A stretch of 64,000 nucleotides of DNA from Planctomycetaceae bacterium (GTDB taxonomy: Bacteria > Planctomycetota > PLA2), in assembly GCA_052388375.1 (NCBI GenBank), contig JBQTIG010000043.1:6865-70864 (forward strand). Direction: 5' to 3'. Below are positions 8,438 to 18,029 of this stretch, piece after piece; the stretch's first letter is position 1; each line of letters begins with the position of its first letter. Made by a program: the position numbers and the translations under genes. The notes beneath the pieces were generated by a model. It had not been told where the DNA came from, ran no database searches, and worked only from the letters and a program-made list of their open reading frames with translations.

Positions 8438-10894
8438 TCAGCGCGAGGTCGCCTCAGGCAGGAGCATGACGCGCGGCGCGACATCGAAGGGAACCCCCGG
8501 GAGCGTCCCCTCGAGCTCCGCCCGGCTCCATGCGGCCAGCGCGCGCACGCGCGCCTCCGCCTGGATGAATCCGCGGGCGGTGAAGAGGAAGCGGTAGGAG
8601 CCCGGCGCAAGAAAGCCCGCGCGCACGCGCCCTCCCGGGAGTGTGCGGAGGCGGCTCGCCAGGAAGTCGTCGATGTCGGAGTCATCCCCCACCGCGCCCA
8701 GGAATCGCGCCCGCGCCACCAGGTCCGCCGCCGGCACGTCGTCCTCGCGGAAGAGACGCGCCAGCAGCCCCTGCACGGCGCGCCCATCCGGATCGGCCAC
8801 CACCGCCTCAGCGGCCGCCGGCTCCTGGAGTACGAGCAGGAGCTCCCGCGCGTCCCCTCCGGTGAGGTCGGTCGCTACCGTCACGGGAGGCAGGCCCGGC
8901 CCCGCCGCCGTGATGAGGAGGGGGCCCGGGGGCAGTCCGCGCAGGAAGAAGCTGCCGTCCTCCTCCGTCGCGGAGACCCTGCGCGCCCAGCGGCCCTCGC
9001 GGCCGAGGAAGAGGACCCAGGCACCGCCCGCCGGCTCCTCCACCACGACCGGAGCGGCATGGGGGCGGGAACGGACCTTGCGGCGAAGCACCTTCCCGGA
9101 TGCGGCGCGCCCAGGGGTGAGGGGGACCACCTGGGCCCCTTCGCCGGCGGCGGGCACGACCAGGGTCATCCCTGCGCTGCCCACGTACCCTGGGACGGAG
9201 ACCTCCAGGACGTAGCGGCCCCAGGGCAGGTCGGGGATCGAAAGCTCGGTGCGGCCGCGGGGAACTCGCCGCACCAGGCTCACGCCGCTGGTTCCCGCGA
9301 TCTCGAGGGAGCAGGGCCCGACCACGGCACCCCCCGAGTCCAGACGAAGGCGCAGCTCGCCGCCGCGCTGCAGCTCGATGCGCACCTCCGCCCCCAGGCG
9401 CGCCTCCTCCTCCACCCGGGGCAGGTGCGGCTCTTCGAGGAGTGCGCGACAGCCCGGGCCGGGAAGGAAGAGCGCGCGAACCGACTCCCTGCCCAGCGGC
9501 ATGCCCTCGATCCGGAACCTCCCGTCCGTGCCGGTCACCGCTCGCCGCCCCGCCGCCTCCACCAGCACCCCTTCCAGCGCCTTCCCGCCGGCGCAAAAGA
9601 CCGCCCCGGCCAGCACCGCATCCCGCCCCTCGGGCAGGCGCAGAGTGCACCGGGCCGTGCGTGCCGGATCGAGGATGATCCTGCTCCCCCGCTCGTCCCG
9701 ATCGCGCACACCCACGAACGCCTCGCCTGCGGGCAGGCCCTCGAATCGGAACTTCCCCGCACGGTCGGTCCTGCAGCTGGAGGTCTCGCCGGAGGTGACG
9801 CAGAGGACGACCACGCCCGCCTCCGGCCCCCGCGCCCCCACGACCTCTCCCACGAGCGCGGCGGCATCTTCCACCGCGAGCGACGGCAGGCGCAAGACCC
9901 CGCCGGCGCGGGGCGCGACGAAACCCGCCGTGGAGCGCACCGCCCCTCCGGAACGCGTGGCCAGGATGCGGTAGGCGCGCCCCGGCGTCAGGCGCGCGAA
10001 ACGGAACGTGCCGCCGCCTTGCCTCCGTTCGGGTGTGTGGTGGGGTCGCAGGCGCGGATCCTCCAGCGCCTCCTCCACCCAGACCGGGAGGAGCGTGGCG
10101 GCAGCGTCGGGCACCGGCCGGCCCGTGCCGTCCGTGATCGTCAGGAGCACCGCGGAGGCGGGGCTGAGATCGACGTCCAACCGCGCGCGCTCCATCCCCG
10201 CGAATAACGGGACGCGCCGCAGCGCGTCGGCGCAGCCGCGCGCCCGCACGCGGATGGAGACCACGTCCCCCAGGAAGCCGCCGATGGCGTACGCGCCCTC
10301 CGCATCGGTGGTGGCGCGCCGGGAGAGGCCGGCCCCGTCGGCAAAGACCTCCACCAGGGCGCCGTCCGCGGGGGTTCCGTCCGGCAGGAAGACGCGGCCT
10401 GCTACCACGAGGCCATGGTCGAGCATCACCTCCAAGGCCAGCGGTCCGCCGGCGCGCAGGTAGCGTGCGCCGCTGGAAACCCGTTCGGGATGGTCCACCA
10501 GAAGCGAGCTGAGTCCCGCGGGGGCGAGCGCTTCCCCCGCGGGGAACGCGATTCCCGCCACCCAAGCGGTCGCGCCCGGTTGCGTCGCGACGCGGAGCGG
10601 GTAGGCGAGCTGGGCCCGAAGGCGCACGTCCACGTCGCTCCCCCCCTCCCGCGAGGGACGCACGCCGCGCTCCACCGCGCTCACGAGTCCCGGCCCGCGC
10701 GCAACGAGGTCGTAGGCGCCGTCCGGGAGCCCCGAGAAAACCACGACGCCACCCGGCGCGGGCCAGGGGAGCGCCTGCCGCACGATGCCGCCCGCAAGAC
10801 AGAACACCTCGCCGCGCGCGGCCGGGTCGTCCGCTTCCACCGCCACGCGGATGCTGCCCGGACCGAGCAGCAGGGCGAGAAGGAGCGCGGTCAC
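8438..10894 (-). CDS. large secreted protein made of multiple CarboxypepD_reg-like repeats
   Basis: 818 aa. Signal-like N-terminus (TALLLALLLGPGS). It contains many repeats of the form G.V...G.P..GA.V........TDA.G.F...GLP.G.Y. The GTG start overlaps the htpX-like stop (GTGA at 10891-10894). Confidence 0.65.
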   Translation of the reverse strand: MTALLLALLLGPGSIRVAVEADDPAARGEVFCLAGGIVRQALPWPAPGGVVVFSGLPDGAYDLVARGPGLVSAVERGVRPSREGGSDVDVRLRAQLAYPLRVATQPGATAWVAGIAFPAGEALAPAGLSSLLVDHPERVSSGARYLRAGGPLALEVMLDHGLVVAGRVFLPDGTPADGALVEVFADGAGLSRRATTDAEGAYAIGGFLGDVVSIRVRARGCADALRRVPLFAGMERARLDVDLSPASAVLLTITDGTGRPVPDAAATLLPVWVEEALEDPRLRPHHTPERRQGGGTFRFARLTPGRAYRILATRSGGAVRSTAGFVAPRAGGVLRLPSLAVEDAAALVGEVVGARGPEAGVVVLCVTSGETSSCRTDRAGKFRFEGLPAGEAFVGVRDRDERGSRIILDPARTARCTLRLPEGRDAVLAGAVFCAGGKALEGVLVEAAGRRAVTGTDGRFRIEGMPLGRESVRALFLPGPGCRALLEEPHLPRVEEEARLGAEVRIELQRGGELRLRLDSGGAVVGPCSLEIAGTSGVSLVRRVPRGRTELSIPDLPWGRYVLEVSVPGYVGSAGMTLVVPAAGEGAQVVPLTPGRAASGKVLRRKVRSRPHAAPVVVEEPAGGAWVLFLGREGRWARRVSATEEDGSFFLRGLPPGPLLITAAGPGLPPVTVATDLTGGDARELLLVLQEPAAAEAVVADPDGRAVQGLLARLFREDDVPAADLVARARFLGAVGDDSDIDDFLASRLRTLPGGRVRAGFLAPGSYRFLFTARGFIQAEARVRALAAWSRAELEGTLPGVPFDVAPRVMLLPEATSR

Positions 10895-11823
10895 GACTGC
10901 GCTTCGAGCTGCCCCGCGAGCCTGCGAAGCCTGCGGATGCGCTCCTCCAGCGGCGGATGGCTGGCGAACGGCGTGTCGAGGGCTTGGCGCGGGTGGATCG
11001 GATTCACGATGAAGAGGTGCTGCGTGCCGCGGTTGGCGAGGCGCAGCGGTGAACCGGGATGCGAGAGCTTTTCGAGGGCATCGGCGAGCGCCCCGGGGTT
11101 ACGCGTCATGGCCGCGCCGGTGGCGTCGGCCAGGTACTCCCGGCGGCGGGAGACCGCGAACTGGATGAGCACCGCGATGATCGGGGCGAGGATGGAGAGC
11201 AGGAGCGCGATGAGCAGCATCACCCCCTGGCCTTTGCCCCCGCGGCCGCCGTGCACGCGCCGGAACCGCATGCCTCGCAGGAACATGTCGCTCAGGATCG
11301 CGATGCTCCCGACGAGGGAGGCCATGAGGACCATGACCCGGGTGTCGAAGTTGCCGATGTGCGCCATCTCGTGGGCCATCACGCCCTGCAGCTCCTCGCG
11401 GGTGAGCCGGTCGCGCAGCCCGGTGGTGATGGCGACCGCCGCCTTGCGCGGCTCCATGCCCGCGGCGAAGGCGTTGGGCGAGGGGTCGTCGATGAGGTAG
11501 ATCTTCGGGCGAGGCAGGCCGGAGGCGAGGCAGAGTTCTTCCACCACGTTGACGAGCTGCGTGTCCTCTTCATTCCCGATTTCCCGCGCGCCGGCGGCGG
11601 AGAGCACGAGAGAGCTGCCCCCCTGCCATGCGATGAGGGCGAAGATCGCCCCCACCCCCACCGCGACCGCGATCCCCGCCCAGGGCACGCCGGTCGTCGC
11701 CGCGCCCAGCACGCCGCCCACGACCCCGAGGAAGAGGACGGCGACGACCACGAGCAGCACCGAGCGGCGCCGGTTGTGATCGATGTGCTGGAAGAGACCG
11801 AGGTCCACCGGCGAGCCCGCCAT
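10891..11823 (-). CDS. htpX: M48-family zinc metalloprotease (HtpX-like)
   Basis: Two N-terminal TM helices, an HEMAH zinc motif (QGVMAHEMAHIGNFD), further TM helices, and EYLADATGA as the third ligand region. Confidence 0.85.
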   Translation of the reverse strand: MAGSPVDLGLFQHIDHNRRRSVLLVVVAVLFLGVVGGVLGAATTGVPWAGIAVAVGVGAIFALIAWQGGSSLVLSAAGAREIGNEEDTQLVNVVEELCLASGLPRPKIYLIDDPSPNAFAAGMEPRKAAVAITTGLRDRLTREELQGVMAHEMAHIGNFDTRVMVLMASLVGSIAILSDMFLRGMRFRRVHGGRGGKGQGVMLLIALLLSILAPIIAVLIQFAVSRRREYLADATGAAMTRNPGALADALEKLSHPGSPLRLANRGTQHLFIVNPIHPRQALDTPFASHPPLEERIRRLRRLAGQLEAQS

Positions 11824-11841
11824 CGTCCTGGGGCAGGCCGC

Positions 11842-12429
11842 CTAGAACGCGACCTTGGGCACTTCCCGCTGCGCGGCATCCTCCAGCTCGAAGAACTCCA
11901 TGGGCGGGAAGTCGCCGAAGTTCTTGACGAGATTGGCGGGCACCTGGTCGAGCCGCGTGTTGTAGCGGCGCACCGAGTCGTTGTAGTGCTGGCGCGAGAA
12001 GGCGATGCGGTTCTCGGTGGAGGCGAGCTCCTCCTGGAGCGAGAGCATGTTCTGGTTCGCCTTCAGGTCGGGGTAGTTTTCGGAGAGCGCGAAGAACTGG
12101 CGCAGCACGCTGGTGAGCGCGTTCTCCGCCTGCGCCACCGCCCCGGGTCCCTGGTGCGCCGCGGCCACCGCGCTGTTGCGCGCCTGGATCACCTTCTCCA
12201 GGGTCTCGCGCTCGTGCTTCATGGTGCCCTTGGCCGTCTCGACCAGGTTCGGGATGAGATCGTGCCGTCGCTTGAGCTGGACGTCGATCTGCGCCCAGGC
12301 CTCTTTCGCGATGTTCTTGAGCCCGACCAGCCCGTTGTAGATCGCGACGATCCAGATCGCGAGGAGGACGAGTCCTCCGACGATCCAGACTGCCGGCGGG
12401 ATGGCGGCGAGGAAGAGAAGGGCGTTCAT
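11842..12429 (-). CDS. lemA: LemA family protein
   Basis: Internal Met with a GGAGGA RBS. One TM helix, then IYNGLV..KN....AWAQIDVQLKRRHDLIPNLVET, the characteristic LemA sequence. It sits directly downstream of the M48 protease in the same orientation. Confidence 0.9.
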   Translation of the reverse strand: MNALLFLAAIPPAVWIVGGLVLLAIWIVAIYNGLVGLKNIAKEAWAQIDVQLKRRHDLIPNLVETAKGTMKHERETLEKVIQARNSAVAAAHQGPGAVAQAENALTSVLRQFFALSENYPDLKANQNMLSLQEELASTENRIAFSRQHYNDSVRRYNTRLDQVPANLVKNFGDFPPMEFFELEDAAQREVPKVAF

Positions 12430-12514
12430 GGCGTTTCCGTGATCCTCCGTGGGTTCCACTGCGCTCCCACCCTGGCCCGGGCGGTTCCCCAAGTGTACGC
12501 GCTGGGGGGCGGGC

Positions 12515-13069
12515 CTATTCAGGGGGGGTGGAGGAGGGGAGCGGGGCGGGGCGCGGGACCGGATTCTCGCCGAGGAACTGCTTGACGTCGCCGCCCATCC
12601 GCGCGGGGAGGAGGTCGGCCACCTTGCCGATGGCGTCCCAGAGGACGGGAGCCGACCGGGAATTGCCGATGGCCCGCTGGATGCTCCCGCCATCGGCGGC
12701 GAATGCGACGAAGGCGAGGAGAATCCCGGCGCAGATGACGCCCGCCTTGAGGGCGCCGAAGAGTCCCCCCAGGAGCCGGTCGTAGGCGCCCAGCCGCAGT
12801 TTCTCCAGGGCGCGCCGGCAGAGGGAGCTGATCAACGCGACGACGAGCACCGTCGCGATGACGATGGCGACGAAGGCGATGGCCCCGGTGTTCTCGGACC
12901 GGAACAGGCGCCCCAGAACCTTGGCCAGATTCCCGTGGTAACGGTCGGCGAGGTAGAGCCCCCCGAGGATGGCGGCGAGGCCGGTGAATTGGAGCAGAAA
13001 GCCGCGCATGAGCCCGAGCATCAGGCCCACCGCGACCATGCCGAGGACAAGGACGTCCACCACGCCCAT
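12515..13069 (-). CDS. cvpA: CvpA (colicin V production) family membrane protein
   Basis: 184 aa with four hydrophobic helices. The N-terminus MGVVDVLVLGMVAVGLMLGLMRGF is typical of CvpA. Confidence 0.75.
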   Translation of the reverse strand: MGVVDVLVLGMVAVGLMLGLMRGFLLQFTGLAAILGGLYLADRYHGNLAKVLGRLFRSENTGAIAFVAIVIATVLVVALISSLCRRALEKLRLGAYDRLLGGLFGALKAGVICAGILLAFVAFAADGGSIQRAIGNSRSAPVLWDAIGKVADLLPARMGGDVKQFLGENPVPRPAPLPSSTPPE

Positions 13070-13230
13070 CTCCCTTAATAGTATCGGCCCGCCGCGTCCC
13101 GTGTCCGTGCGGTCCTGGAAATGGGGCGCCGGGCGGAGGTCCCGACCCCTGGCTGATTCCTAGACGTGGAGGGCCGAGGGGGGGTGCCAGCGTCCCGACG
13201 CCACCTTGCCTGCACGAACGCGCGAGAGAC

Positions 13231-13761
13231 CTACTTGCCCGATAAGGGGAGCTTGGCTCTCCGCTCGCCGGCGCGAGGCTCCGCCTCGAGGAGGGACTCC
13301 GCGATGTGGCGGTAGAGCGCGGTCCGGTAAAGGATGCCCACCACCTTCTCCCCCTCCAGGACCGGCAGGCTCTTCACCTTCCGGCTGAGAAGGGTGTCGG
13401 CGGCCTCGAAGGAGTCGGCGTCGGGCGTGATGGTGACCGGATTGCGCGACATGACGTCCCGCACTTTCACCCGCGACGCCCAGCGCGCCAGACCGGCGAA
13501 GTCCTCCTTCAGGAACCGCGGCCTTCCCGGCCTCTGGCCGGCGAGATCCCGCACGAAGTAGGGGAAGAGGACCTCGCCCACGACGTCGGATTGGGTGAGC
13601 ACCCCGGCGAGCCGATCGTTCGCATCCAGCACCACGACGCACTTGATCCCGATCTCGTCCTCCACGAGGGGGCACTCGCGCAGGTGGCGGATCGCGTCGA
13701 GGAGCGACGTCTCTTCGCGGACGATCTCGAACTCCCGGGTCATCATGTCGGCGATGTTCAC
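13231..13761 (-). CDS. CBS-pair domain protein
   Basis: Two CBS units (MTREFEIV...VVVLDANDRLAGVLTQSDV and VRDVMSRNPVTITPD...LPVLEGEKVVGILYRTAL). The GTG start overlaps the upstream kinase stop (GTGA). Confidence 0.8.
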   Translation of the reverse strand: MNIADMMTREFEIVREETSLLDAIRHLRECPLVEDEIGIKCVVVLDANDRLAGVLTQSDVVGEVLFPYFVRDLAGQRPGRPRFLKEDFAGLARWASRVKVRDVMSRNPVTITPDADSFEAADTLLSRKVKSLPVLEGEKVVGILYRTALYRHIAESLLEAEPRAGERRAKLPLSGK

Positions 13762-15263
13762 GCCCGGATTCCTGCAACCGGGGTGCCGTGCGTCCCCGAC
13801 GGGCCGAGCGGGAGCGTGACCGTGAACTCCGCGCCGTGGCCGGGTTCGCTCCGGACGGTGATCTCCCCGCCGTGCTGCTCCACGATCTCACGGGCGAGGG
13901 CAAGGCCGTAGCCGGTGCCCGCCTCCCCCTTGGTCGTGAAGAGGAACTCGAAGATCCGGGGCAGGATCGCGGGATCGATGCCCGTGCCGGTGTCGCGGAA
14001 CACGACCCGCGCCGCGGAGTCCTGCGCGGCAACCTCCGCATCGATCCGGCCCCCTCCGGCCATGGCGTCGCGCGCGTTGGTGAGGAGGTTCAGGAATACC
14101 TGCGCGAGCCGTCCCGGGTCGCCCCGCACGCGCACCGCCTCGCCCCGGACCTCCATGCGGATGCCGCGCCGGTGCAGGTCGCCGCGCATGAGGGCGTGCA
14201 GGTCCCGCAGGAGCGCGAGGAGGTCGACGTCGGTGTGCGGCCGGAGCGCGTTGCGGCTCATCCCGCGCAGGTTTCCCAGGAGATCGCTCGTGCGGGCGAG
14301 GGCGTCCCGCATGACGCCGACGCCGCGGCGCACTTCGTCGCGCGGAAGGGGCTCCCCCGCCTCGAGACGCGCGAGCATGCTGTCGAGGTAGAGCGTCACG
14401 CCGGCGATCGGGTTGGAGATCTCGTGCACGATTCCCGCGGCGAGGCGCCCCACCCCGGCCTGCTTCTCCTGTTCGGCCAGAAGCTCCCGCACCCGGCGCT
14501 CGCGGGTGATGTCCTGCATGTAGCCGGTGAACCCCGAGGGCTCCCCCACCTTGTCGCGATTCACCACGCGCTCGTCGAACACCGGCACGAGCGTGCCGTC
14601 CTTCCGTCTCGCCTGCCCCTCGGTGGAGCAGCGGCCCTCCCTCCGGCAGAGATCCAGCCAGTAGAGCGCGTCGTAGTCGGGGCCGAACAGATCGCCGATT
14701 CCGAGCTTGCCGATGACCTCCCCCGCGGAATAGCCGAGGAGGCGCTCCAGGTGGAGATTGAAGGACGCGACACGCCCCAGGGGGTCGAGCGTGTAGATGC
14801 CCACCGGGACCGTCGCGTAGATCTGCCGCAGCTCCGCCGTACGCCCGCGGACCTCCCGCTCCAGATCGGCGTTGAGGTGCTCGAGTCGGCCCTGGAGGTC
14901 GCGGATGCGGAGCATGGCCCGCACCCGGGCCAGGAGCTCCTGCTGGGCCACCGGCTTGGTGACGTAGTCGTCCCCCCCGGCGGCCAGGCCGCGCACGACG
15001 CTCTCGGTCTCCTTGCTGTGCGCGGTGACGAGGATGACGGGAATGCCGCGGGTGACCTCGCCGGCCCGGAGAGCCCGGCACACCTGGAATCCGTCCATCC
15101 CCGGCATCTGCACGTCGAGGAGGATGCAGTCGGGGCTCTTCGTGCGCGCGAGCTCCAGCCCTTCCGGCCCCGAACCGGCCTCGATCACCTCGAAGCCGTC
15201 CAGCTGCAATCGCAGGGAGTAGAGGTTGTCGGGGTTGTCGTCGATGAGGAGGATCCGGCTCAC
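13758..15263 (-). CDS. response-regulator receiver / PAS / histidine kinase hybrid
   Basis: REC domain (ILLIDDNPDN...ILLDVQMPGMDG...VILVTA...DDYVTKP), then a coiled coil and a PAS domain. Kinase boxes follow: H-box HEISNPI, N-box LLTNARDA, and G-boxes DTGTGI and GTGYGLAL. GTG at 15263 overlaps the upstream kinase stop. Confidence 0.85.
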   Translation of the reverse strand: MSRILLIDDNPDNLYSLRLQLDGFEVIEAGSGPEGLELARTKSPDCILLDVQMPGMDGFQVCRALRAGEVTRGIPVILVTAHSKETESVVRGLAAGGDDYVTKPVAQQELLARVRAMLRIRDLQGRLEHLNADLEREVRGRTAELRQIYATVPVGIYTLDPLGRVASFNLHLERLLGYSAGEVIGKLGIGDLFGPDYDALYWLDLCRREGRCSTEGQARRKDGTLVPVFDERVVNRDKVGEPSGFTGYMQDITRERRVRELLAEQEKQAGVGRLAAGIVHEISNPIAGVTLYLDSMLARLEAGEPLPRDEVRRGVGVMRDALARTSDLLGNLRGMSRNALRPHTDVDLLALLRDLHALMRGDLHRRGIRMEVRGEAVRVRGDPGRLAQVFLNLLTNARDAMAGGGRIDAEVAAQDSAARVVFRDTGTGIDPAILPRIFEFLFTTKGEAGTGYGLALAREIVEQHGGEITVRSEPGHGAEFTVTLPLGPSGTHGTPVAGIRA

Positions 15264-17902
15264 GCGTCGACCTCCCGCCGTTCCGCCCGCAGCGCTTCCG
15301 CCAGGCTCTCGGTCCGGCACGGCTTGGAGAGGACCGCCACGGCCCCGGCACGGAGGGCCGCGGCGCGCGTCTCGGCCCGTGCATCCGAGGTGAGGACCAC
15401 CACGGGCGCGTTCGTGCGCGCCCGCAGCGCCTCCACCGCCCGGGAGGCGTCGGGAAGGCCGACCTCGGTGACGACGACATCGAAGTTCTCGGGATCCGGC
15501 ACGTCGCCGACGCGGGCCGCGGCCCGCACGGAGAAGCCGAGCTGCTCCAGCTGGAGCGAGGCGGCGAAGCGCCCGTCCTCGTCCGGCTCGAGCAGCAGGA
15601 CCCGTCGAGCGGCGGAGCGGCGTGCCCGCGGCGGCCCGGCGGCCGTCTCGAACAGGCTGTCGATGGGGGCGGCCAAACCGCGCACGAATTCGTGCACCGG
15701 ACGCCATTCGGGCGCCGGGCATGAGGCGAGCCACGCCTCCGCGCGCGCGCGGTCCTCCGGGGCGACCTTGGGGGGCATAGGCAGAGGCGGGCTCCCGGGC
15801 GCCGTCAGCGTCGCGCCCCCGCCGGCCGCCGGCTCCAGCTGCATGCGCCCCAGCAGGGCGCCCCGCTGCGATGCGGGGTCGAGCCGGTACCCGAGGATGG
15901 GGATCGACGATCCCTCGAGGAGGGGTCCCAATGCGCCGAAGGTCTCCAGGCCGTCGGAACCGACGACGCCGACGTCGAGGAGCATCGCGGCCACGGCCGA
16001 GTCCGTCACGGCGCGACGGACATCGCGGCCGCACACCGCCCGACTCGCGTGGAATCCCGCGGCCCTCAGCTCGGCGGCGAGAGCGTCGCCGGCGGGAGGG
16101 GTCGCTCCCACCACCAGCAGCTGCCGCTCCCCGCTCCGCGGCGAACCCGCAGACGCCCCGCGGGTCGGGCAGCGGGCAGGAAGCACGAGCGTGAACGAGG
16201 AACCCTCGCCGGGCGTCGATTCCACGGAAACGCGTCCGCCCAAGAGCGCCGCCAGGCTGCGCGCGATGGAGAGCCCCAGCCCCGTGCCCGACCGGCTCCC
16301 GCTCTGGGTTGCGGCGCCCTGGCAGAAGGGCTCGAAGATCCTCTCGAGGAGCGCCGGCGCGACTCCCGGCCCGGTGTCGCGGACCAGGAAGAGGACCCCG
16401 CCCCCCTCCTGCGCCTCCGCGCGCAAGAGCACTTCCCCTTTCTCGGTGAACTTCACGGCGTTGTGCGCCAGGTTGAGGAGGATGCGGTGGACCTTCTCGC
16501 CGTCGCTCCGGATGGGTGCCAGCCCTGGCGCGGCCTCGAGCCTCACCGCGATGCCCTTCGCCTCCGCAAGCGGTGCCACGGCGTCGCGGACGCCGGCCAG
16601 CAGGGCGGCGGGCGAGAGCGGTTCCGGAAACACCGGCATGCGACCCGCCTCGATCTTGCTGAAGTCGAGGATGTCCCCCAGCATGCGATGCAGCGCCTCC
16701 CCGTTGCGTTCGATGATCGCGACCTGGCGGCGCTGCTCCGCCGTAAGGGGACCGGAGGTCTCCTTGCGCATCACCTCGGAGAGGGAGAGGATGCTGTGCA
16801 GCGGCGTGCGGATCTCGTGGGACATGTTCGCCACGAACTCGCTCTTGAGCCGGTCGGACTGCGCCACCTCGGCATTGAGCCGCTCCAGTTCGCACCGCTG
16901 GCAGAAGAGCTCCTGCTTCTGGCGGAAGATCTCGGCATCGCGCGCCTTGAGCCGGCCGTGCATGGTGTTGAGGGCGTCCCGCAGCACGTTGAGGTCTTCC
17001 AAGGACCGGGTCCGGACTTCCCCTCCGAACTCGCCGCGCGCGGCTTGCAGCACCGACGCGGTCGCTGCGACGAGCGCCTTCTCGGCGCGGCGGCCCGCGA
17101 AGAGGAGCCCGCCCATGACGAGCAGGAAGGCGCCGGCGCCCAGAAGGAGCAGCGTGCCTGCGAGGCGCCGGAGCGGCCCGGCAGCTTCGGCGCGCTCCAT
17201 CTCCGCCACCACGGTCCAGGAGCCTGCGCTCGCGCTCGCTCCCAGGACCTGAGTGGCGCGGTATCCGGCATAGACCGACGGCTGCTCCGGCGCCCGCAGG
17301 CGCGGGGCCCCGGCGGCGGCCTGCTGGAACTCGGCGCGATGGCCGCCGAGGGAGGCGCCGCGTTCGTCCAGGAGATAGGTCTCGCCGGTCCGGCCGAGGC
17401 CGGAGAGATCGGCGAGGAACCCCTCGAGCAGCGCCATCGGCACCGCGGCCACCGCCGCGCCGCCGTCCGCCAGGGGAACCCCGACGAGAGCGTGGTGGCC
17501 CTTCCTGAGGTAGCCGCCGCCCCGCAGGGACCGCAGTTCCTCCGGCGCGAGCCCCGGTCCGAGAGTCGTCCCGAGGGAACGGAAGGCGCCCCCTGGCTCC
17601 ACGAGTCCGTAGAGGAACTCGCTGGCCGGGCGGCCGTCGTAGGCCAGCGCCGGATCGAGCGCCGACGACTCGGCGCGCCGCCCGGCGAGGAGCCCAGCTT
17701 GGAATCTGTGCATCTCCATGCAGCTCCGGATCGAGGCCGCGCGGGACCGCGCGGCCGTCGTCAGGTGCTCGAGGACGAACTCCTCATCGGCCCGGCCCAC
17801 GTTCACGTAAGCGACGACCGCGAGCGCGGCCGCCGGTCCGACGGCAAAGGCGATGAACCAGAGCAGGAGGCGGAGTCGCAGGCGCATGGGAGAGCGCGCC
17901 AT
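15260..17902 (-). CDS. membrane sensor histidine kinase (periplasmic sensor, HAMP, HisKA/HATPase) with two degenerate C-terminal receiver-like domains
   Basis: Start taken at Met148 of the track ORF, just before the TM helix LLLWFIAFAVGPAAALAVVAYV. A second TM and a HAMP domain follow. Kinase boxes are SHEIRTPL (H), LNLAHNAVKFT (N), DTGPGV and GTGLGLSI (G). The C-terminal 287 aa contain two REC-like folds (see findings). Confidence 0.8.
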   Translation of the reverse strand: MARSPMRLRLRLLLWFIAFAVGPAAALAVVAYVNVGRADEEFVLEHLTTAARSRAASIRSCMEMHRFQAGLLAGRRAESSALDPALAYDGRPASEFLYGLVEPGGAFRSLGTTLGPGLAPEELRSLRGGGYLRKGHHALVGVPLADGGAAVAAVPMALLEGFLADLSGLGRTGETYLLDERGASLGGHRAEFQQAAAGAPRLRAPEQPSVYAGYRATQVLGASASAGSWTVVAEMERAEAAGPLRRLAGTLLLLGAGAFLLVMGGLLFAGRRAEKALVAATASVLQAARGEFGGEVRTRSLEDLNVLRDALNTMHGRLKARDAEIFRQKQELFCQRCELERLNAEVAQSDRLKSEFVANMSHEIRTPLHSILSLSEVMRKETSGPLTAEQRRQVAIIERNGEALHRMLGDILDFSKIEAGRMPVFPEPLSPAALLAGVRDAVAPLAEAKGIAVRLEAAPGLAPIRSDGEKVHRILLNLAHNAVKFTEKGEVLLRAEAQEGGGVLFLVRDTGPGVAPALLERIFEPFCQGAATQSGSRSGTGLGLSIARSLAALLGGRVSVESTPGEGSSFTLVLPARCPTRGASAGSPRSGERQLLVVGATPPAGDALAAELRAAGFHASRAVCGRDVRRAVTDSAVAAMLLDVGVVGSDGLETFGALGPLLEGSSIPILGYRLDPASQRGALLGRMQLEPAAGGGATLTAPGSPPLPMPPKVAPEDRARAEAWLASCPAPEWRPVHEFVRGLAAPIDSLFETAAGPPRARRSAARRVLLLEPDEDGRFAASLQLEQLGFSVRAAARVGDVPDPENFDVVVTEVGLPDASRAVEALRARTNAPVVVLTSDARAETRAAALRAGAVAVLSKPCRTESLAEALRAERREVDA

Positions 17903-18029
17903 TCTCGCATGGGCCCTGGCGCCGGACGGAGGCGCCGGCGCGCCGGATCGCGTAGGATTGCGCGTGAACTTCCCCATCTCCCGGCTCGGGCTCGGCAGCG
18001 AGTGGGCCGGAACGCCGGGAACGGGATTT

